A stretch of DNA of 64,000 nucleotides from Candidatus Cloacimonadales bacterium (GTDB taxonomy: Bacteria; Cloacimonadota; Cloacimonadia; Cloacimonadales; JAIOQZ01), in assembly GCA_963662655.2 (NCBI GenBank), contig CAXXTU010000002.1, forward strand, positions 3,552,001 to 3,616,000, read 5' to 3'. This document shows, piece after piece, positions 57,394 through 64,000 of this stretch. The translations under genes were made by a program, and so were the position numbers. Below the pieces are notes generated by a model, which searched no databases, was not told the DNA's origin, and saw nothing but the letters and a program-made list of their open reading frames with translations. Every line of letters starts with the position of its first letter. Position 1 is the stretch's first letter.

Positions 57394-59454
57394 GTGACAA
57401 AGGTAAATCGTTTGGTATTTTCGATAGTGTGTTTCATTGTTGTATTTCCTTTATTTTTAACGGCATATACTGATGCCGAGCTTGTACAAACATTCCAGGA
57501 TCAAGATGGCAATTCAATCGATAGGGTACTCGTCCCCGGGCGTCCACCCGCTGATTACCGTGTGCCGGCCGTCGAATTACCGGAACCGGGTTCGCGCGAG
57601 GGAATAAAAATATTATCCCATATGCCAGCATTCAACTGGTGCTATGGTTGTTCGGCAACCTCGGCGGCAATGATTGCAGGATATTATGACAACCACGGAT
57701 ATGATAACATGTATAGCGGCCCCGCCAACGGTGGCATCGTTCCGATGGACAATTCGGTCTGGGGATATGGTGAATGCCCCTTGAGTGCGACCCATCAGGG
57801 CTTTGACGGCTTGACGGCACGAGGTCATGTTGACGACTATTGGTATAATTACGATTCAACGATCGATCCGTACTACGGTCACTGGACCCAGCACGGTTAC
57901 GCCGATTGCACGGCGGATTTCATGGGTACGAATCAGTATCAAAATTACGGGAATACAGATGGTTTGACCATGTTCTACTATTATTCAAACGGTAACCGGT
58001 TATATGATTATTCAGGATGTGAGCCTTCCGATAAAGACGGCTGCCACGGCCTGAGGGAATTTTTCGAATCCAGAGGTTACTCGATGGGCAGTTATGCCAA
58101 CTACAATCAGTACATCTATGGACACAATGGGAATACCGCCGGTTTTACATTCAGTAATTTCATGGAGGAAATCGATGCAGGCCGTCCGGTTCTGATTCAT
58201 ATAACCGGGCACACCATGGTTGGCTTCGGATATAACGAGACGGAAGAGCTTGTATATATCCACGATACATGGGATCACGATAATCACACTATGACTTGGG
58301 GAGGACAGTACTGTGGGTCGCAACATATAGCGGTGTCGGCATTCATTCTCGATCCGATCCCCGGAATCGTCGAGCCGGATGTTCCCGGAAACACGATGAT
58401 CGAAACGCAGGGAGGCAACATTGTCCTCAGTTGGGACGACAGTGGCGCGGACGCGTATCATGTGTACGCCTCGGAGAGAATCGATTTCTCCTCTCCGATT
58501 CTGATGACAAATCAGGGCACATTCTCCTCAAATGGTGGCCGGATATCCTGGACGACCTCCGCGGCGATCTCCGAGCGCCTCTTTTTCCGCGTTACAGCGG
58601 AGAATCTGGAAGGAATACAAGAAGATTTTGTGTATGTTCCTGCCGGATCATTTCAGATGGGACGAACAGGAGTCGCCGTACCGGTGCATACCGTCAATCT
58701 GGACGCCTTCTATGTCGGGAAATGCGAGGTGACGCATCAACAGGTGATCGATGTGTATAATTGGGCTTACCAGCATGGTTATATCAGTTGCAGCACGAGC
58801 ACGGTGACAAACACCCAGGGTATTCAAAAGGAATTGCTAGATTTGAATGATAGCAGTTGCGCGATTGATTGGAGTGGCGGTCAATTGGTATTCAATGATA
58901 ATTCCTACGTGTCCAGTACGCAATGCCCCTGCATCAGGATTACCTGGTACGGCGCGCTTGCTTATTGCAATTTCCTGAGCTTGTACGAAGGCTTGACCCC
59001 TTGCTACAATATGTCTAATTGGAGTTGCAACTGGAATGCAAACGGCTATCGTTTGCCCACGGAAGCCGAGTGGGAGTACAGCGCACGCGGAGCGACGAAT
59101 AATCCGGATTATACCTATGCCGGGAATAACAATATCAATTATGTGGCGTGGTATTCGTCAAACTCGAGCAGCCAGACTCACCCCGTAGGACAATTACTTG
59201 AGAATGGAATAGGGACATTCGATCAAAGTGGAAATGTTTATGAATGGGTCTGGGACTGGTGGAGTAGCGATTACTATAGCAATTCCCCCACGAACAATCC
59301 CACAGGACCCTCATCTGGCACACAACGGATTGTCCGGGGTGGTTGTTGGGAATTCAACTCATCGAATTGCGATGTTGCTTATCGTAATAGTCGTGGAGAG
59401 CCAGAATATAGCGAGAGAAAAGTGGGATTCCGTATTGTGCGAAACGCGGAATAG
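57394..59454 (+). CDS. Secreted papain-fold (C10/C39-like) peptidase + Ig/Fn3-like domain + FGE-sulfatase (SUMF1) domain
   Basis: GTG start with GAGGAGG SD; WCYGCSATSAAM, GRPVLIH...GHTMVGFGY...HDTW; YRLPTEAEWEYSARG, SGNVYEW, RGGCW, GFRIVR. Confidence 0.85.
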   Translation: MTKVNRLVFSIVCFIVVFPLFLTAYTDAELVQTFQDQDGNSIDRVLVPGRPPADYRVPAVELPEPGSREGIKILSHMPAFNWCYGCSATSAAMIAGYYDNHGYDNMYSGPANGGIVPMDNSVWGYGECPLSATHQGFDGLTARGHVDDYWYNYDSTIDPYYGHWTQHGYADCTADFMGTNQYQNYGNTDGLTMFYYYSNGNRLYDYSGCEPSDKDGCHGLREFFESRGYSMGSYANYNQYIYGHNGNTAGFTFSNFMEEIDAGRPVLIHITGHTMVGFGYNETEELVYIHDTWDHDNHTMTWGGQYCGSQHIAVSAFILDPIPGIVEPDVPGNTMIETQGGNIVLSWDDSGADAYHVYASERIDFSSPILMTNQGTFSSNGGRISWTTSAAISERLFFRVTAENLEGIQEDFVYVPAGSFQMGRTGVAVPVHTVNLDAFYVGKCEVTHQQVIDVYNWAYQHGYISCSTSTVTNTQGIQKELLDLNDSSCAIDWSGGQLVFNDNSYVSSTQCPCIRITWYGALAYCNFLSLYEGLTPCYNMSNWSCNWNANGYRLPTEAEWEYSARGATNNPDYTYAGNNNINYVAWYSSNSSSQTHPVGQLLENGIGTFDQSGNVYEWVWDWWSSDYYSNSPTNNPTGPSSGTQRIVRGGCWEFNSSNCDVAYRNSRGEPEYSERKVGFRIVRNAE

Positions 59455-59475
59455 CGATTCCTGTGTATAAATCTT

Positions 59476-59510
59476 TACCCCGTGTGGAGCGCCATGCGGG
59501 GTATTTCTTT
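59476..59510 (+). terminator. Rho-independent terminator
   Basis: TACCCCGTGTGG-AGCG-CCATGCGGGGTA followed by TTTCTTT. Confidence 0.75.
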
Positions 59511-59514
59511 ATAG

Positions 59515-59545
59515 AAAAAAAAGCCGGAAACCAGGGGTCTCCGGC
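59515..59545 (-). terminator. Rho-independent terminator of the aminopeptidase operon
   Basis: GCCGGAAACC/GGTCTCCGGC hairpin (A-C becomes G-U on the minus strand) with an 8-nt A run on the left. Confidence 0.75.
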
Positions 59546-59569
59546 GTCTATGCGATATAGGATAAAACC

Positions 59570-60670
59570 TTAGATAATAAACTTCCCGTCTTTGTAGATC
59601 AGCTCGTCGTCCGCATATATCTCTCCGCCGTCCTTCATATCGCAGAGCATGTCCCAGTGGATTGCGGAATCGTTCTTGCCGAGCGAGCTCGCGATGGAGC
59701 GACCGACCGCCAGATGAACGGTACCGCCGATCTTCTCGTCGAACAGCATGTTGCGAGTAAAGCGCTGGATGTTGTAGTTGGTCCCGACAGCGATCTCGCC
59801 GACGAACCGTGCGCCGGGATCGGTATCCAGGAGCTGGAGCAGCAGGTCTTCGCCCTGAGCTGCCGTGGCCATTACCACCTTGCCTTTCTCGAAGGTGAGG
59901 CGGATGTCTTCGATGGCCCGGCCACCGAAGATGCCCGGGAAGCTGAACCGGATGTGGCCTTCCACGGTGTCCTCGATCGGTCCCGTAAAGACTTCACCGT
60001 CGGGGAAATTCACCCGACCGCTGCAATTGACCCACTTACGGCCTTCGATACGCATGCGGAGATCGGTGTCTTTCGACTTGATGTGCAGCGTCTTTTTGGT
60101 GTCCATGATCTTGCAGATGCGTTCCTGCTGGGCGTCCACCTCTTTCCACAGCGCGATCGGATCGTCCTCGAGCAGCTTGCAGGCGTTGAACACGAATTCC
60201 TCGTAGTCGGTGATCGACATGCTGGCTTCCTGCGCGTTTCCGAGCGTTGGGTAGAGCGTGCCGCACCAGCGTAGCGTGCCTTCCTGCATGCGTTTGAAGT
60301 AGATGTTAGTGAGGGGACTTCTCGCCCTGCTGGAGAGGCGCATGCGGTCTGCGGGGATGTTGCTCATGTTGCGAGTGTTGGAGGTGCCCATCACGGTGAT
60401 CATGGCATCGACGCTCTCGTAGAGTGTCTTGATGTGCGGTTGAATGAACTCGAGCTGTTCGTCGCTGGAAAGCTTCATAGCAAGCTCGCTGATGGTGCCG
60501 TCGCCGATCATCGTGGTGGGATGTCCGCCCAGTTCCAGCGCGACAGCGTAGCACTCGCGGATGAGGGGCAGGGTCGCCACTTCACCGGAGATAAGAATCG
60601 ATTCGCCCTTCTTCAGGTCGATGGAATATTTAAGTAAAACTTCAGCGTGTTTTCTCAGGATTGGATTCAT
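59570..60670 (-). CDS. Aminopeptidase, peptidase M29 (AmpS/AmpT-like)
   Basis: NFPDGEVFTGP, GEIAVG, LFDEKIGGTVHLAVG, SAIHWDM. Confidence 0.93.
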   Translation of the reverse strand: MNPILRKHAEVLLKYSIDLKKGESILISGEVATLPLIRECYAVALELGGHPTTMIGDGTISELAMKLSSDEQLEFIQPHIKTLYESVDAMITVMGTSNTRNMSNIPADRMRLSSRARSPLTNIYFKRMQEGTLRWCGTLYPTLGNAQEASMSITDYEEFVFNACKLLEDDPIALWKEVDAQQERICKIMDTKKTLHIKSKDTDLRMRIEGRKWVNCSGRVNFPDGEVFTGPIEDTVEGHIRFSFPGIFGGRAIEDIRLTFEKGKVVMATAAQGEDLLLQLLDTDPGARFVGEIAVGTNYNIQRFTRNMLFDEKIGGTVHLAVGRSIASSLGKNDSAIHWDMLCDMKDGGEIYADDELIYKDGKFII

Positions 60671-60899
60671 GTATGTCCTCCTTGTGTGTCTCTGGGGCAG
60701 GCGCTTTCGATTTCATGTATTTTTCCCAGACAGGGAACAACAGAAGATACCCCACTACAGCGCCAAATACAACGACTGACCAGACGTTCGATGTGATCGG
60801 GCAGCCACCGGTTCGGCACCCGATGAAGCGATAGTAGAGGTATCCGGCGACACCCCCGATCGCGAGCGTAATCAGGATGCCGGAAATCGTTTTCAGCAT
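60642..60899 (-). CDS. Small membrane protein with GCxxGxCPIT motif (DUF6132-like)
   Basis: GYLYYRFIGCRTGGCPITSN between two TM helices. Confidence 0.8.
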   Translation of the reverse strand: MLKTISGILITLAIGGVAGYLYYRFIGCRTGGCPITSNVWSVVVFGAVVGYLLLFPVWEKYMKSKAPAPETHKEDIHESNPEKTR

Positions 60900-60905
60900 C
60901 TTGTT

Positions 60906-61337
60906 CTATCTGATTTTCAGCAGTTTCACTTCAAACTTCAGGGTGGAGTTCGGGGGGATGACTCTTCCCGCTCCGCGGCTTCCGTAGGCGAGCTCCGGTT
61001 TGAGAATGAGTATTCGCTTTTCACCTGGTTTCATTCCGGCTACGCCTTGATCCCAGCCCTTGATCACCCGGCCTGCGCCAAGCTTGAAGGAAAAAGGTTC
61101 GTCGCGGTCGACGGAGCTGTCGAACTTGGTCCCGTCCATCAGCCATCCGGTGTAATGGACGTCCACGGTGTCGCCCGGCTTGGCTTCCGCTCCGCTTCCT
61201 TCATCTATAACCAAGTACTTGAGCCCCGTTTCGGTTGTTGTCCAATCTGGTTCCATGTTTTTTGTCTCTCCTTTCGTCGCATTCGCGGAACATGCCGCGA
61301 GAAGCGCAATTGAAATCATGATAATGATAAATCTCAT
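60906..61337 (-). CDS. FKBP-type peptidyl-prolyl isomerase (lipoprotein)
   Basis: LLAAC lipobox; VHYTGWL, FDSS, VIKGWDQG, YGSRG, IPPNSTLKFEV. Confidence 0.96.
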   Translation of the reverse strand: MRFIIIMISIALLAACSANATKGETKNMEPDWTTTETGLKYLVIDEGSGAEAKPGDTVDVHYTGWLMDGTKFDSSVDRDEPFSFKLGAGRVIKGWDQGVAGMKPGEKRILILKPELAYGSRGAGRVIPPNSTLKFEVKLLKIR

Positions 61338-61373
61338 ACTATCTCCAATATATTTTGATGTAGAATAATCAGA

Positions 61374-61781
61374 TCAAACGTGGAATACGGAATTTCCCGC
61401 TTCTTCCTCTTTTTCGTAAAGGTCAGTAAGCCACTTGGCGAAGTTGCGCTGTGACACGCCTTCGAACTCGACGACCAGCAGGCCCATTCCGTGGGGCTTG
61501 TGCCATTTCTGTATCCATTTCACCAGTGCCTTGGCGCGTACGTTTTCCGGCTCATTCGCATGGTTGGTCAGGTCGAAATCCAGTATGACGAGGCTGCCCT
61601 TGGGAAACGGTTGATCGGTTTCCACAAAAATCCCGTGCGGTCCGAAGTTCTGAGCGATGCCTTCCATGTACTCGAACGAAGGCTTATCCAAAGGCTTTCC
61701 ATGCGCAATTCCACTGAAGCGGATATTGACATTGGCTGCAACACGGCGATACTCACGCTTATTCATCTTCATGACTGTCAT
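61374..61781 (-). CDS. PilZ domain protein
   Basis: KREYRR (RxxxR) and NFGPHG (variant of D/NxSxxG); ALVKW...GMGL. Confidence 0.75.
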   Translation of the reverse strand: MTVMKMNKREYRRVAANVNIRFSGIAHGKPLDKPSFEYMEGIAQNFGPHGIFVETDQPFPKGSLVILDFDLTNHANEPENVRAKALVKWIQKWHKPHGMGLLVVEFEGVSQRNFAKWLTDLYEKEEEAGNSVFHV

Positions 61782-62619
61782 CCTCTGCTGTCTGCTCTAT
61801 GGTTATCATCTGGTCAGGCTCTCCTTCGAGGTAGTCCACGAGGAGCGGTTCTTCAATCCGATGGAGTTTCTTCATTAGCCCGGTTATCCTGACAAGCTGC
61901 TGCTCGACGATTTCGAATTTCCTCTTTTGAGCCTCGTCGCACGCGGTACGCTTGAGGAGATCGAGATTTCCGCTGATGATCATAAGCGGGTTGTTGATCT
62001 CGTGGTTCAGGCTGACAACCGTCGCCGAAATCGCTGCCTTGCGCTCGGCCAGCAGCAGTTGTTTGCGCGTTTCACGAAGCTGGCTGTTCATCTCCATGAT
62101 CTTATGGTTCTGCTTCTTCAGTTGTTCGATCATCCGGTTTCTGGAGATCAAGCCGGCGAGAAGCGAAGTAAGGACTTTCAATCTTGGGAATGTTTCAGGG
62201 GCAAAGGCGTCAATTTTATCGTCCCCGAAATTGATGACGCCAACCAGATCGTTTTCCAGTAGTAGCGGCATGGAAAGGAACGTTCGCAGCGTGTTGGGCT
62301 GGAACAGCTTCTCCTTATGCAGGTTATTGAGGTAAACCATCCTGCGTTCCTTGGCAACCCATGCAGAAAAACCTCTGCCGAATTCGAATTCGACCAGCTT
62401 GATCAGGTCGATCGCCTTGCCTTTTTGCGCAACGAGGTGGATTTTCCTTTCTTCCGAATCGAGCAGGAAGATGGTCGCGTACTGGTGGGGCATAACCTGA
62501 TTGAGCATCTCGAATATTTTCTCATAGATTTCTTCGCGTCGCTCAAACTCGAAATGCTGGACCAGTTCAACCAGATCCAGAAGGATGTCTCGATTCTCTT
62601 TCTTTACAACTTCAGTCAT
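61759..62619 (-). CDS. GAF + HisKA/DHp protein lacking an ATPase domain
   Basis: GRGFSAWVA...FLSMPLL...VGVINF GAF; SLNHEINNPL; ends about 75 aa later. Confidence 0.85.
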   Translation of the reverse strand: MTEVVKKENRDILLDLVELVQHFEFERREEIYEKIFEMLNQVMPHQYATIFLLDSEERKIHLVAQKGKAIDLIKLVEFEFGRGFSAWVAKERRMVYLNNLHKEKLFQPNTLRTFLSMPLLLENDLVGVINFGDDKIDAFAPETFPRLKVLTSLLAGLISRNRMIEQLKKQNHKIMEMNSQLRETRKQLLLAERKAAISATVVSLNHEINNPLMIISGNLDLLKRTACDEAQKRKFEIVEQQLVRITGLMKKLHRIEEPLLVDYLEGEPDQMITIEQTAEDDSHEDE

Positions 62620-62767
62620 GATATCTCGTTATCCAATCGATGGATGTATTGCCAAATACGCAATAGTATGGAAAAATCAGCAAGAGGTATTTCTTCTTTT
62701 TTTTCTTTCGAAGCGATTTGATCCGGCTGTACAATATCCTCGGAATGCTGCATGATTTAACCACCGA

Positions 62768-63787
62768 TTACAGGTAAAAGCTCCCCGAATCCTCAAGATA
62801 ACCGGGGATGCTGACCGATAGAATTTCCGTGCGAACGGATGTGATTCCGGGCAGCGATTGTTTGATAGCGCTAAGATGCTTTGTCAATTCTCCGGCAATA
62901 ATGCTGTTCGTAAATCCCAGCGAAATCGCTTTGGTATCATTAATAGAATACAAGCGAATCCGTATTCTGTCCAACATTTTTGAGCGATAATTCATTTGAA
63001 AGACGATGGAATGGTTTTCGCTGTGGAGCGCCTTCTCGATGAGAACTGCCTCAAACACCTTCCCGCTTGGGAAATTCCAGAAATAGAGATGCTTGTCCTT
63101 CACTTTGAGTGCGCGGTTCAAGCACACGAGGGCTTCTTGATACCCGGAAGTTTCCGGCGTCGTCTCTTGTTGATCTGGCATGGAGCCGATTTGCTTGAAA
63201 AGGTATATAAAATCTTCCGAGAGCGTCTGCGGTTCGTCTGACGAGCGTGGTTTGCTTTCACTCGACCGAGTTTGCTTGAGGAGATTCAGGACGATTTGGA
63301 TGTCCTGATCAGACATCTCGTTGAATGCTTCGATCCAGTCGTCGAACTCGATCAAGTCATCTCCCTGCCGTAAAGCGGTGAGTTGAAGAAGGAAGGAGAG
63401 AAGCTTCGTCGGGTCTTTCTTCCGCTTGGGATCCTTCCTGTAGAGCCGATCGAGAACGTACTGATTGAAGATGTTGAGCGGTATTCCCCAGCGCGAAGCG
63501 GAATGGACCATGAATTCCATCGATTCGCCGTCCTGGAGCGAGACGAGGCGGAGATTGATCTTGGGATGAAGGGCTTGCACCTGGATAAAGTGTCGCTTGT
63601 TTTCCAGATTCAGGTGAGACTCGGCAAGAACCTGCTGCCCTTTGATCTGAACGATGTAGCGTCCCTCGCCGAGACCTTCGACAATCTTTGCAGGGAAGAT
63701 ATCGCCCACGCGCATCATCGCCCGAAGCTTCGAAACGTTTGTCCTGGTGAGAGATGATGCTCGCGACGATGAGATGCGACGAATCAT
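62768..63787 (-). CDS. Hypothetical protein resembling flagellar hook-length control (FliK-like) proteins
   Basis: N-terminal GDIFPAKIVE...YIVQIKGQQVLAE...IQVQALHPKINLRL and C-terminal LDRIRIRL...F...L..HL..IK pattern; similarity judged by eye only. Confidence 0.45.
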   Translation of the reverse strand: MIRRISSSRASSLTRTNVSKLRAMMRVGDIFPAKIVEGLGEGRYIVQIKGQQVLAESHLNLENKRHFIQVQALHPKINLRLVSLQDGESMEFMVHSASRWGIPLNIFNQYVLDRLYRKDPKRKKDPTKLLSFLLQLTALRQGDDLIEFDDWIEAFNEMSDQDIQIVLNLLKQTRSSESKPRSSDEPQTLSEDFIYLFKQIGSMPDQQETTPETSGYQEALVCLNRALKVKDKHLYFWNFPSGKVFEAVLIEKALHSENHSIVFQMNYRSKMLDRIRIRLYSINDTKAISLGFTNSIIAGELTKHLSAIKQSLPGITSVRTEILSVSIPGYLEDSGSFYL

Positions 63788-63805
63788 GCTACCGGATGCT
63801 CGTGA

Positions 63806-64000
63806 TTATTCGGTGCCCATTTTCTGGACGAATTCAACTTCTCGGACCGATATCTTCAATTCCTTGGCGATTGCCTCGGCGTCCCAACCGTTTTTAGAAA
63901 GCTTGCGAATCATTTTCTGCATGTATTCTTCATCGCCTATACGGGGTTCGGAGCTATCGGTGTAGAGGGAGGCGTCTGACTGGAATTCGTCGTCGAGGAG
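63806..64000 (-). CDS. C-terminal part of a protein ending in an HTH-like motif (DUF2802/DUF6115-like); start outside the window
   Basis: Hand translation: ...EEYMQKMIRKLSKNGWDAEAIAKELKISVREVEFVQKMGTE*. Confidence 0.6.
   Translation of the reverse strand, partial: LLDDEFQSDASLYTDSSEPRIGDEEYMQKMIRKLSKNGWDAEAIAKELKISVREVEFVQKMGTE

Noticed and set aside
37542..59454. tRNA-Leu-anchored genomic island
   Set aside because: The accessory genes lie on the 5' side of the tRNA; no integrase and no duplicated tRNA 3' end were seen.
59320..59510. DGR variable region at the end of the FGE domain, with a downstream hairpin
   Set aside because: No reverse transcriptase or AAC-rich template repeat in the window. 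Many codons at would-be variable positions end in A/G, unlike AAY-derived codons, and the hairpin is explained as a terminator.

Overview
Bacterial chromosomal window, probably from a diderm FCB-group organism. Candidatus Cloacimonadota is my inference from the gene families present; it was not tested. Housekeeping genes are pyrB (partial), tatD, dnaE, yraN, priA, tRNA-Leu(CAA), an M29 aminopeptidase and an FKBP. Five envelope or regulatory elements stand out. (1) An 11-kb, eight-gene operon (outer-membrane barrel, two TPR scaffolds, small secreted protein, ExbB/TolQ, two ExbD/TolR, and a transmembrane protein with a TonB-C-like end) whose make-up parallels the Myxococcus Agl-Glt machine; one ExbD has Asn in place of the channel Asp. 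(2) An operon of porV, an M6 metalloprotease and three paralogous outer-membrane proteins, plus several cargo proteins with T9SS/FlgD-type C-terminal sorting domains. (3) A pgsB-pgsC-pgsW poly-gamma-glutamate locus. (4) A PyrR-type RNA element upstream of pyrB that appears wired to RBS sequestration rather than termination. (5) Two DHp(HisKA)-only signalling proteins. The region from about 38 to 59 kb is accessory (two-component systems, large secreted repeat proteins, gene fragments). The right edge has flagellum-associated-looking genes. No CRISPR array, transposase, integrase or reverse transcriptase was seen. All family calls come from motif recognition by eye, not database searches.
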